DNA of 63,933 bases, filler included, from Lenisia limosa (lineage: Eukaryota; Protista; Breviatea): assembly GCA_001655205.1 (NCBI GenBank). It is 16 parts of 16 records of this genome, joined end to end, with 100 filler letters (N's around TTAATTAATTAA, not from the genome) between each part and the next. Parts side by side here need not be neighbours in the genome. Positions count along the whole stretch, not along the records: positions 14,983 to 18,104 come from LPNZ01002218.1; positions 18,205 to 20,137 come from LPNZ01007119.1; positions 20,238 to 21,498 come from LPNZ01001159.1; positions 21,599 to 23,433 come from LPNZ01003382.1; positions 23,534 to 31,576 come from LPNZ01006519.1; 11 more parts are not named here. One strand, 5' to 3'. Shown piece after piece: positions 16,167 through 27,459 of the stretch. A model generated the notes under the pieces. The model ran no database searches. It was not told the origin of the DNA and worked only from the letters and a program-made list of their open reading frames with translations. A program made the translations under genes and the position numbers. Positions within the stretch are counted from its first letter, which is position 1. Every line of letters starts with the position of its first letter.

Positions 16167-16527
16167 TTGGTTCCCTTGAAAATGTGTCGTTTATCGTTCC
16201 TTTTTGAACGTTCTTACTTCTTCTTTTCTTCTTTTTCTTTTTTCTTTTTTCGATTTTGTCTGGCGGGATTTTGTTTCGAAAACCAAGGGGCTTATGACTA
16301 TCACTTGGGTCAGTACATCCCCAGATATATTTGCATTTAAAAAAAATAAAAAAATAAAGAGCAGAAAAAGGTTTTTAGGGTTCAGTTTGTTTAGTAGTTG
16401 TTGTGTTGTTATACATAAAGATACCAGAAGTTGCTGAAAGAAGAAGAAGGGTTGTACTTTTACTGGTTACAAGTTCTTAAAGAGAGAATCCTTGTTTATG
16501 AAAATCAGACGTCTCTAGCTCTTAAAA

Positions 16528-17307
16528 ATGAGTGCTGAAGGTTTGCAATCATTTGATATTACATATTTAATCTCATTTTTTCCAGGTAGTCCTGAAGGTC
16601 CCCCTGTAAGCGTGAATATAGGATTATGTCTATCTATAACTGTAAAATGCTGGGATATTTCTAACGTTTAGATCCTCCAAGGTTGGGTTCAGCTTGTTTC
16701 AGATGATGGTTACGCGTATTATGGGAACGGTTAGTGCTAAACTGATTTTAAAACAGCATTTTCGAGGCTGAATAGCTAAATAACTAACTTCCCGTAGAAA
16801 TTTCCGGAGACACCATCTGGGAGCTCCCTACAATGAGTAAGATGGGGAATAAACAGCCTGATTGAATTAAACATTGTAATGACGGAGAAGTTTGGCCTTT
16901 CTGACCCTCCCTCCCCAGCTGCTTACGACTGGTGCATAGCAAATGGTGAGCTGGGGCGAAGCGTCAGGGTACTGAAGGATGGAGAGAGAGTGTTCAATAA
17001 GTGTGAATTGTCATGATTGTTTCCTTTGGCGATAATGGAAATATTGGTGATCTCCTCCTCTCTTTTTAATGCGCATGATTGCACTATGCCTGCGACATAT
17101 GTTCGGGTGAATAATAATACTTTATTTATTTATGGTGTGAACGGCTTGGGTCAGATTCAACCTGTTTTAGATTACTCATAAATAAGCCTTTGTCACTGGG
17201 AATTATCTCATATCCAGTGATATGATTTGATCAAACCACAGCCTCTAACAATTCAGGGATTTCGGTAGAAGGTGCTGAACCTCCGGCCCCTGCCGCTGCG
17301 GCCCCGG
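16528..17307 (+). CDS. WW-domain protein, 3' incomplete
   Basis: Spliced GWVQLVSDDGYAYYGN|EISGDTIWELP fits the W...YY...T.W..P WW motif. Followed by a Pro/Ala-rich exon. Confidence 0.65.
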
Positions 17308-17969
17308 GTAGGCGGGTTTTTATATTTGGATTTGCTTTATTGAGACTATTTTACCTCCATTGGATTTGTAGATGTCATATCATGTCTATTGGCTTGATTT
17401 ATTGCATGTCTATTGGCTTGATTTATATTTGCATGTCTATTGGCTTGATTTATTTTTGGGATAATATATTCTGTTTTGTATTCCCTCATAAATTACACAT
17501 CCTGCCTACCTAACTTATAAAAGCACATTCACTCTTTTTTTTTTGTTTTTGTGCAAGTGAAAGAAAAATTCAAAGAAAAAGACAGAAACGCAATTGTAAA
17601 AAACGGTTCTTCTTTAGTAAAATGAAGATATGCCTTTTTTGGTTCTTTTGTGCCTGTTTTCGAAAGAGAGAACAAAAAAACAAGAAATTCTCGCGCGCTC
17701 TCTCTCTCTCTCTCCCCCTCTCTCTCTCTCTCTATTTACCCAATGTTTGCTCTTTTTTTTTTGAGGAATTTCCACTATTTCCCCTTGAAGAATAGTATAT
17801 CAATTAGGACTCCCTGCAATTAAAATATCTACTCATGTTCAGTTAATTTCAAATTTTGTCAATTAATTGCTCCAGCAATTGATTACTCTGAGTCCTAATA
17901 TCAAGTGTTCTCTTTTTTAACGGCACTTTCTATTTCATTATTATTAGTAGTAGTATATTATTATTATTA

Positions 17970-18100
17970 TGCTGTGTGCACAGTGTTGTAAGGCAAATGA
18001 TTGGGTGAATTAATATTATACTATAATCCAGTATCTCTTATAAACGTAATGGTGTGGACGGCTTCGGCTAGATACATCTTTATTTTTAATTTCTCATTGC
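17970..18100 (+). repeat. Family B intronic repeat (about 130-165 bp)
   Basis: GCTGTGTGCACAG.GTTGTAAGGCAAATGATTGGGTGAATTAATATTATACTATAATCCA.TATCTCTTATAA.CGT.ATGGTGTGGACGGCTTCGGC.AGATACA.C.TTATTTT..TTTCTCAT. About 20 full or partial copies. Confidence 0.85.
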
Positions 18101-18204
18101 CATANNNNNNNNNNNNNNNNNNNNNNNNNNNNNNNNNNNNNNNNNNNNTTAATTAATTAANNNNNNNNNNNNNNNNNNNNNNNNNNNNNNNNNNNNNNNN
18201 NNNN

Positions 18205-20070
18205 ATAGGGCCCTGCTTCTTGACGCCAAGGCCGGACTCTCCGTCCCATCCCATGTTGGCAAGAATGGAGTTGCCCTAAAACGTCAGAAAAGTTTTAGGA
18301 CTTCCCTGCAGTCCGAAAAAACCCGTCAAAATATCGATAGTTATCTAAGATTCAGTCTTTTTTTGGGACCGTAGGGAAGCTCTATGCACAGTAGTTTCAG
18401 AATAGTACCTTGTTAGTCTGCATTTGCTCCCTGGACATGGGGGTTTGGAGGAACTCCTTGAAGAGCGAGGAAGATGGCTTCAAAGTGAGGGGGAGTAAAA
18501 TGAATGAAATGTCGATGAAGAGTATTCGCGTAAATATAAGGCAACAAAGCAAAACACAGGGAGTTTGTTAATAAAAAAAAAGGGGGGTGGTGGGGAGAGA
18601 AAGAAGAAGAAGAGTAACCACAGTGACAATAACTAGGTACTTGTCATAGTCAACTGCAGCCAACCTGCTCTAGAGGTGCATAGTATGTAAAATATGTGGG
18701 ACACTGGTCAACCAACCTGTTCCACATTGCCTTCCATAACCTGGGCCGTGATCCGATCTCCACAAATTTCGAAGGCCTTGGGTCCCTAAAAAAGTGAATT
18801 ACAGGAACTGCTTAAATGTCATGCTTTGTATGTCAAGATGAGAGCTATAACACCGGGTTCAAATATATGTAACCAAAAAAGTTACCCCCCCCCCCAACAC
18901 CAACCTTTCCATAGGGGGTGACGATGGCANNNNNNNNNNNNNNNNNNNNNNNNNNNNNNNNNNNNNNNNNNNNNNNNNNNNNNNNNNNNNNNNNACCAGA
19001 CAACAGCGCTGCAACGCCCTAATCAAATTATCCTCAACTTGGAAAGATATTATTTCCTTTTCATTCGCCTCTTTACTCTGAACTTTAAGGAATTGTGAAG
19101 AATTTACAGTAGCCTTTAGAGAACATGATAGATACCGTGCCCAACTTTGTACATTCCCCTATGCATTCACCAGACGAACCTCAAAAGAGAGCCCTGTGCG
19201 GCCCTCACGGCGTCCTTTCTCTTCTGCCTGGAGGCCTGAGCCCAAAACACTCCCGTCACTGTGCGTCCCTCAATACCATAGCGATTCGCAACACCTACAG
19301 GTGGTTATTACGCAGTTCCTTGTGTTAATAATAGACAACAACAATAATTCATATTTTTTTGACCTTTTCTGGGACTAAAAGTGAGCTATGCGTACTTCCC
19401 TCTTCGAGAGAAAAAGGTAGCGCTTGTAGATGAAACTCTCATACATACAATAATAGTTGTACCACCCCGCAATAAAACAAAAGAAACGAAATCAAAAACA
19501 TCTTCACAAGGCTTACATTGGTCTTTGGGGATGGCTGATAGGTTTTGCTGAAATGTTACCAGACAGAAATAAAAATGGTTCAAATATTCACGATAATTTA
19601 CTAATAACTAAGGCTTCACTTCGGGCCTCAAAAGACAGGTAAAAAATCGATGATTTATTGAGAAATCAGTCTTTTTTCGAACCAATGTGAAGCCCTAGTA
19701 AAAAACCCTGAGTTATTCTAGTACCCACCAATTTGCTGTCAATATGATGAGCATCAGAGCAGCTGAAGGGTTCCGAGAAAACTGGCGGGGGAGGCTCATT
19801 GCTGCCAAATGTGCGATAGTAGTTCTTGTTGTACTGTTCGATCTGGATATGGTGAGGCTCAATATCGCATGCCATCCTAAAAGCCCAAGGACTTTGCCTA
19901 TAACTATATTTGCCAATCATTATTTCCATGGAGACCATAGGGAGGACCAACAAACAAATGATAATTACACCAACAAATGACAGTTACACCAACAGATGAT
20001 ACTTACACCAACAGATGACAGTTATACCTGCTTACATCCTGGAGAACCTTGCTGGGGACTTCGAGTCTGA
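18205..20070 (-). CDS. G-patch domain protein fragment
   Basis: Last visible exon reads GNSILANMGWDGESGLGVKKQG (G-patch consensus). Upstream minus-strand exons are open but unassigned, and their linkage is inferred. Confidence 0.5.
19612..19695. mobile_element. MITE M1
   Basis: GGCTTCACTTCGG...GTGAAGCCC|TA. Confidence 0.8.
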
Positions 20071-20410
20071 TAGTGGCCACAAATGAGAGCTGCTTCTTTG
20101 TGTTCATGAGTTGTACGGTTTCGGGCGGCTGCATTTTNNNNNNNNNNNNNNNNNNNNNNNNNNNNNNNNNNNNNNNNNNNNTTAATTAATTAANNNNNNN
20201 NNNNNNNNNNNNNNNNNNNNNNNNNNNNNNNNNNNNNGGTGGAGCTAGAGATGTCAAACGAAAACACTATCTATCAATAGAAGAGCTACAATTGAAAAAA
20301 ACTCCATCATATAGTCATGAGAAATAAAAAAATAAGGTTGTTTCTGGCCGAAGCCGTCACACCATCACGCCTATAAGAGATATTGGATTATAATAATATC
20401 ATACCTCCAC

Positions 20411-21498
20411 CAGGGGGAGGCGGCGGGGGAGGTGCTAAAATCGTCATATTGCATAAGGAATAAAAAAAAACAGTAACTACAAATAACACGTTTATGAAGG
20501 ATAGTGGGGTTTCAGAAAACACTCCCTCTCACCGCCACCCATTGGAGGAGGGGGAGGAGGCGGCGCAGCACCACCAGGAGGAGGGGGTGGTGGCGGCGCT
20601 CCTAATTTGTCAGAAGGGAACAAGGAGACAGAAACAGTACAAAGAGCAAGGACATACCGGCAGAAGGCGGTGGAGGGGGAGGAGCGCTGAGGGAAGGAGG
20701 AGCTCCAAGAGAAGGAACACTGAATTATAAGCACTAGCAAATGTGCTTATGTTAGGAGATAGGGTGGAACAATTCGGCATTGCCAATATTATGGACCAAA
20801 AAAGCGTACTCGAGGGACGGAGGAGCGTCTAGAGAAGGTGGTAAGCTCAAGGTGGGAGGAGCCTCGGTGGTGGGAGCTGGCTTGGCGGGGGCGGGTAATG
20901 GTGAGCTTGAAGTGTCAAGGTTCCGTCTGAACCCTCCTCCTTGGCTCATCAAGGACTGGTCTACGAGGTTAGTCAAGTGCAGCGGATAGCACCAAAGAAT
21001 TCTTATATGGCAAAATGCAAACAAAGCAAAGAGAAAGGTTGGCTTACCACTCTGCTGTTGGACTGGTGCGGAGTCTGAGGCAAGCTTCACGCCAATCGCG
21101 TCGAAGTTGAAGAAGTTGAAAGGCTGACGCGTGAAGTTAGCCATTGGCTTGGCACGTGCGGGAAGTGAATCCCCTAAACAATGAACAGCTGTAGATGTTT
21201 GAGAAAATAAAGGCCCTTCAGTATAGTCAAACCTGAAAGGGTTTGGAAGGCGGGTTTGGTGCCAGGCCGGGTCTTGAAGACCTCCTTGGCGGTCTTGAGG
21301 CCATGGAGCTCCTTAGCGGACCGAATGCGCTAATACATCAAATGTGGCAACTAACAACACAAGGACTACTGTCTAAAAAAGAGTGCATATCGATATTTAG
21401 GATTCATAAAAAAAACTTCTAGTTTGGAGAATAATTCGCGCATGCGGTATTTCATGGCACTCACCTCAGCAAGAGCGGAGTATGTTAAGTAGGTGTTG
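20411..21498 (-). CDS. Polyproline (FH1/WASP-like) protein fragment, possible actin regulator
   Basis: Exons encode APPSLSAPPPPPPSA, GAPPPPPPPGGAAPPPPPPPM and APPPPPPL. Both ends are cut by scaffold edges, so no FH2 or WH2 domain is visible. Confidence 0.55.
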
Positions 21499-22206
21499 NN
21501 NNNNNNNNNNNNNNNNNNNNNNNNNNNNNNNNNNNNNNNNNNTTAATTAATTAANNNNNNNNNNNNNNNNNNNNNNNNNNNNNNNNNNNNNNNNNNNNGG
21601 GGGGGGGGTAAAATGAAGGGAATTTCAATGAATATTGGCGTAAAGATAAGAATCATGAACCAAATAATCTGAAACTCCCAACAAACAACAAAACGGGAGG
21701 GGGGGTAAATTGGAAAACTTATGAAACAAAAAGAACCCAAATCAACTCTGTTGGCTGACAACACACCTGGGAATTATAATAATGAAAAAAAGCCCACAAT
21801 CAACTCTGTTGGCTTGCAACATCCGAGGGTGGAGGTAAAATTGAACAATTTATTAAAAAAAAAAGAACAAACTCATTGGGTGTAGAGTGAAGGGAGAGAG
21901 AGAGGGGGTAGTAAGGAAAATGAGAGATGGCGGAAAATTCAAAATTCTTTATATTATTTTTTTAAAAAAAGTATTTAAAGCTGTTTCTCAAATTGTTGAT
22001 TACTATTATATGTTTATTATATTCAATTACACTATATCCCTGTTACTGATGCGTTTTCCTGAAAAGGAGAGGTAAGGTTACTGTTGTGCTGAAAGTTATT
22101 TTGAGATTATTTATTCTGAATAACATCCATTCATGCAGCTGAGAAGCGCATTGACTTGAACTAAAAAAAATGGAGTGGTGCAGGATTTTGACAACGTGCT
22201 CTGTAA

Positions 22207-22290
22207 GGCTTCACTTCGGTTCGGAAAATTATCGATAGTTTTTGAGGATTGATAGAGATATTCACTCTTTTTTCGAACCGAAGTGAAGCC
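22207..22290. mobile_element. MITE M1
   Basis: Both TIRs and the core are present. Confidence 0.8.
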
Positions 22291-22530
22291 GTAACACAAC
22301 ACGGCTTGCGATGATTACAGAGAGTAGGAAAGCAAAATGCAGCACACAATACCACGTTTCCTCAATAGCAATATCTCCGCTTGTATAGCTTCTGGCTCTT
22401 CTTTGTCATGCCTCGAGTTATAAAGTGCTCATCTTGTTGCCAGACTGTAAGCAGCAAAACAACCTTCAATTTGTAGATTCTGTAAAAGTTTGATTTTTTT
22501 TGTTTCATAAATTTTAGACTGTAATACCAG

Positions 22531-22949
22531 ACGAAGAGTCTTCACCCAACCTTGAGAAACTGAAAGTTATGAGCCCTTCTGAGGTTTGCCAGTGTTACTC
22601 TTGAATTTTTTGAAAAACCCACACACCACTCAAGCTATTGAGCGCGAGCGCGCCACTGACGAAGCCTAGGCATCCCTGGCGGCCCCGGTGGGAGGAGGAC
22701 TTGGCATCGTGGTGAAGGCTTCATCCCCAGCTGATATGCACGAATACTACCTCTCATCGGTTGGTGGTTTTTAAAGCTTCACTTTCGGTGCCAAAAAGAC
22801 TCAACTCGAATAAATATCGATATTTTCTCAGTCTTTTGGAACCAATAGTGAAGCTCTAGTGGTGTTAAAACGTGATGAGATAATATCACTAGGTTCTGTT
22901 CGCTTTGGCTGACCAGGACATTCAAGTCGTTGCAGTTGCGTGGGATTAG
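22531..22949 (+). CDS. Hypothetical protein, C-terminal exons
   Basis: ESSPNLEKLKVMSPSE|ASLAAPVGGGLGIVVKASSPADMHEYYLSS|VLFALADQDIQVVAVAWD*, with in-phase GT-AG borders. Confidence 0.4.
22774..22856. mobile_element. MITE M1, subfamily b (GAGCTTCACTTTCGG termini)
   Basis: TA|AAGCTTCAC...GTGAAGCTC|TA. Same subfamily at 61756-61845 and 62529-62616. Confidence 0.75.
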
Positions 22950-23692
22950 ACAACGATCACAAGGCAAGGGTACGTTGTTTTTTTTTTTGGAAATGGACAA
23001 GCCTTTCTAAGAAAGGAAATATTTTCAAATTAGACGTGATTTATCAAAAAATAAAAGAGGAAAATAAAAGAGCGGAAAACTCAAAAGAATAAAAAAACCA
23101 AGAGAAAAAAATTAAGAAAAACTAAGAAAATGAAACAAAAGAGGAAAACCAAAACAAACAAGAAAAATCCAGTGACCAAACCTTCATGCGCAATTGTTTT
23201 CCTTTTGGTTGATCTTCCTTGAGACAGCTGCGGAGGTCAGATGGTATATATAAAGCCCAGGCCACTCGCTTCTACAGCACCACATCCGAACACTTCAACG
23301 TAAGTTATTATTTTGGAATTATGCTTTATTCGCATGTTTCACTACCAGACAAGGGAAATAAAGAGCTTCAGTTCAGGTTCAAAAATACAGGTAAAAAAAT
23401 AGTTTTATCAAGGGCCTTTTTGGAACCAATGATNNNNNNNNNNNNNNNNNNNNNNNNNNNNNNNNNNNNNNNNNNNNTTAATTAATTAANNNNNNNNNNN
23501 NNNNNNNNNNNNNNNNNNNNNNNNNNNNNNNNNCAAACAAAAAACAAGCAACGCTAAAACTTGACAAAGGGGGGGGGGTACAAATATTCAACAGTTGGGG
23601 GGTATGAGGTTTTCTTGTAGTATAATAGTAATTCACCCAATCATTTGCCTTACAACTCTGTGCTCACAGCTTTCTGCATGCCTCCAGCATAC

Positions 23693-25920
23693 CTTGGTAT
23701 AGGACACAGACGGGTAGTGTCGGAAGGCGTCACGCAGCATGTGCTCGGTAGTTTCGGGGGCAAGATCGCCGATGAAAAGTCTGTCGTCACCTAGGATGTG
23801 ATGGTCGTGAGGTGAGGGATGTTGATGGACCGATCAAGTCACCCCCTACTTGGGCTTCACTTCGGTTCGAAAAAAGACTGAATTTTTCGATAAGTCCTCG
23901 AAATCTATCGATATTTTACCGGGTTTTAACCGAAGTGAAGCCCCACCCCCTACACAAAAAAAAATATATATACATATTATATATCCACTGTATACCCCCC
24001 TCCAGCGCACCTTCAGGGAACTCGCCGAGGGTAGGGTCGTACCAAGCGTCTTGTCCGGCGGTACGCAGGAACTGCGGGTCCTTGTGCACTTCTGTTGCGT
24101 CAACTTATATTGTGGCATAATAGAGGGTTCTGATACACTTCAATACGGTCAACATATGATATGATATTTCTATTGCGGCTATAATGGTTCTGATACATAC
24201 ACTTCAATACGGTCAATATATGCGGTAGTTGAATAAGAGTCAATGCAATCATACACAGTGACCGGGATAAGTCTTGACCGATTGTCTTGAGAAATCTCAT
24301 AGCAATTCGGTCATTGATTATCTATGATGTAGTTTATCTGATTATACTTTTAAAATGTTCAAGATATGCAGGAGGAATAGACTGGTACACTGTGCGTCCC
24401 CCACCTTTGCCAGCCTTGGCCTTGCGCATCTTCTTGGCATGGTCTTTGTCTTTCTCTTTGTTCGCAATCGCCTCCATCGCTGTTCGGGGGTTGTTGGGCA
24501 CCAGGCTACTATGGTACATTGAGGGCTGGGGGAGGGGGGGGGGGTAAAATCGGACAATTTATAAAGAAGAAAAAAAATCCCAATATAAACTCTGTTGGCT
24601 AACACACGAGGGTTGAAACCAGCAAAACAAACAAAGCCTAGGCCAGTCGCTTCTGCAGCACGGATGAGGCGGCAAAAACAGCATCAGAGAAACAACATTA
24701 TCCCAATTGCTTGCTGACAATTCTTCGGTATAACCCCAGTAACCTTTTTCGGGATGAACTGCTGCGGTCCGACAGTAGGCATGGGCATGACCGGGGTTAC
24801 CCCGGGGATATAAGGCGCCTGGGCCGGGACATGCGGGGCTGGTACGATGGTGGGTGACGGCGTGACCATCGGCGTGACTCCCACAAAACCGGGTGGGGGG
24901 GACTGAGAGAGTAAAATTGGAAAATTTATGAAAATAATAATAATAAAGGAAGAGTTGGGTTATGTGTGCGGGGGGGGGCATGTTTTGTTTAGGAACAAAA
25001 TCCCCATCAACAAAGTGGACAAGGAAAATGTCCATCAGAGTGGGTGAGTAGGGAAATGTCCATCAGAGTGGGTGAGTAGGGAAATGTCCATCAGAGTGGG
25101 TGAGTAGGGAAAGGTATTGTTTACGTCTTTAAGCTCATTCACAATGGACTATTTATTAAGAAGGCCCCCATATCTCTCCTTTCGTTATAATTGAAAGTGG
25201 TGTTGCTATCATGAAGGCATAAGGGTCAATCAGTATCTTTTAAATTTGATGAATTTATTATTTCTCATTCCTTCAGATAGCACTGCAGGTCTGAGGGTGA
25301 GAAATCATAAAAGATAAAGGGAGTATCAGCCGAAGTCGTCCACACATTAACGGTTGTAAGAGATAATGATTCTTGAATCATATTAATCCAACCTAGCAAT
25401 ACTAAGTTAGTGAAGGGTCAACAAACACCGACAAAATAAAAATAAGAAGAGGCCTGGTACCATTACGAAGCAGCTATTTGCAGAATTTCTTGAATGATAT
25501 TCCACAAGGGAAAGAGGAAGGCGAAAGCGAACAACACCATCAAATCAGAAACCATTATTTGAAAAAAAATGGCATAAGTGAGACAGGAGAGCAGCGAAAA
25601 GTGGTTATGTGAAGGTGAAAGGCTCAGGAATAACGAATAGACATACAAGAAAGAGCTATGGTGCAGCCAAAAATACTGTTAGATCAGAAGTACTAGGAGG
25701 AAAGAAAGAACAGATACGATTACAAGAGTAATATTGCTTAGTTATATGAGATAATAGGCTCATAAAGCAACGAGGGAGGTGTATGTTCAGAATCATTTGC
25801 GCTATAATAAAAACTCACAGGAACAGCGGGAGCGCTGAAGGTTGCGGCTACAGCAGGCTTAACTGGCCCTGTGCCTGCCAAGGCAGCCTCAAAGGCAGCG
25901 AAATCATCATCAAATGACAT
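23693..25920 (-). CDS. RBM42: RBM42-like RRM splicing factor, 3' truncated
   Basis: Start MSFDDDFAAFEAALAG, a Pro-rich middle, then FLRTAGQDAWYDPTLGEFPEGDDRLFIGDLAPETTEHMLRDAFRHYPS. This matches the RBM42 signature (RTAAG..W.DPTL.EW..D.R.F.GDL). Confidence 0.85.
23852..23943. mobile_element. MITE M1 in RBM42 intron
   Basis: Near-consensus copy with both TIRs. Confidence 0.85.
24528..24666 (-). repeat. Family A intronic repeat (about 140 bp), ends at the 3' splice site
   Basis: Sense consensus: GGATGCGGTGCTGCAGAAGCGACTGGCCTGGGCTTTGTTTG...TCAACCCTCGTGTGTTGCTAGCCAACAGAGTTGATTTTGGG...TTTCATAAATTTTCCAATTTTACCCCC..AG. Confidence 0.85.
25023..25112. repeat. Minisatellite, 28-bp unit x3
   Basis: GGGAAATGTCCATCAGAGTGGGTGAGTA repeated head to tail. 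Confidence 0.9.
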
Positions 25921-26210
25921 TTCCACTCGCTCTAAAGAATACAAAAGAGGAACTCCCGCGCTTTATTGCTTTACGAATCTAGGTCAACTAGTATGCTTAA
26001 GAGGGGAAAATCTTGGAAAGCGCTTACTATAAAGAAAAAAAATACGTGAATTTGTTCCCAAACATTGAATGTAAAAATGAATGGAATATTTGTCACTGCT
26101 GTTTGTCTATGTTAAAGCTGCTAATAATTAACAAAGGGAAAACACTGACAATATTCACCCTCCCAATAAAATCTCTGAATTGTGGGTCACAATGTCTGCA
26201 TTGAATAGAT

Positions 26211-27124
26211 CTAATAACCGAACTTGGCGAGTTCCTCGGAGACCTTCTTGACAGCAGGGGCGGCAAGAGCCTTCTCGCGGAGCTTGAGAGAAGCAACCTT
26301 GGTCTTGTGGAACTCAAGGGACTTAACCTTGCGCTTAGCCTCAAGGGTCTCAATGACGGGCTTGAAGTTCCATCCAAGCTCAGAAGAGAGACGGCCAAGA
26401 GTAGAGTACCTTTGGAAGTGAGAAGATGATTCATGAGTTTGAAAGGGAGAAAATGTGACAATGCCGCAGGAGTACAAAGAAATAAGGGAAGAACACAGAG
26501 AACAAGGGAACCTACTTCCTGGAAGGGTGGAGACGGACACAACGGAGAGCGTCAGGGACAACCATGCGCTTAACCTTGTCGAAGGGGGGAGGAACACCAT
26601 CGAAGACCTACATTATGAGATCATATTCACAAATTTTTTAAACCTTTCAAAAGTAATACAGCTCCTCAAACCTTCAGGCGAGCCATAGCGGCGGCACCAC
26701 GAGAAGTCTTGTGGGGGATCATACCACGAACAGTGCGCCAGAGAATGCCTAAACCCCATTAAACCCCAATTTACGGTTATCTTCAGAATACTTTTGCGAA
26801 ATCATTCAGAGATATTCCTTAAGAGCTTACGGCTAGGGGCACGGTAGTGGACGGCACCCTTGCGGGGGCAAGTGTTAGAGCGCTTCTTGAACTGTTGGAG
26901 GAGCTTCAGCTTGTTACGACGGTGAGCACCAGTCATGTTGATCTCCTCGCAACGGACAACAGCGACCTTGTTGCCGGCAAGAAGCTCCTGGGCAATGATG
27001 GAGCTGAGACGACCAAGGAGATGGTGTCTTGAGTCAATGATAGTAACCTAAAAAATTAAACCTAAAGAACGGTCTCTATTGAATAAACTAGAAAAACTGC
27101 TGCCCTTACTACCTTAGCAGACAT
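26211..27124 (-). CDS. RPL13A: 60S ribosomal protein L13a (uL13), 5 exons, complete
   Basis: MSAK|[23 protein letters not shown]...HYRAPS|[15 protein letters not shown]...[21 protein letters not shown]...[10 protein letters not shown]...LAKFGY*. Confidence 0.98.
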
Positions 27125-27459
27125 TGTCACTGTAAAAAGGAATGAGACCTTGAAAAATTTGACAATAAAAGAAATATGGATGACCACAGTTCAGTTCTCA
27201 GCTCAAAATATACGAAATTAGGTTCTTATATTTATTCTTGAAAAATTTAGTGTTTTTTTTGTTTGAAATTCAATATTCAAGTCATTTAGTGATATATTTT
27301 AATAATTATCAAACAAGAAGTCTGGTTTCAACTCCGTCATCCATTTGTGAAACCAGTGCAACCAACTATTCAAGAATATTAGAATTGGGCGACGACTCTT
27401 TTCACTTTAATTATTTGAGTCTCGAGATCTGAGTTAGTGCACAAAGAGAGAACCAGAAA

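Noticed and set aside
19730-19905. SAM-methyltransferase domain fused to the G-patch (CDIEPHHI resembles motif II)
   Set aside because: No glycine-rich motif I was found and exon linkage is uncertain.
25023-25112. CRISPR-like array of 28-bp repeats
   Set aside because: The units abut with no unique spacers, lie in a eukaryotic intron, and there are no cas genes.
26770-26830. C/D-box snoRNA in an RPL13A intron (ATGATT...CTGA with a short terminal stem)
   Set aside because: Only about 20 nt lies between the boxes and the C box is imperfect; too short to support.
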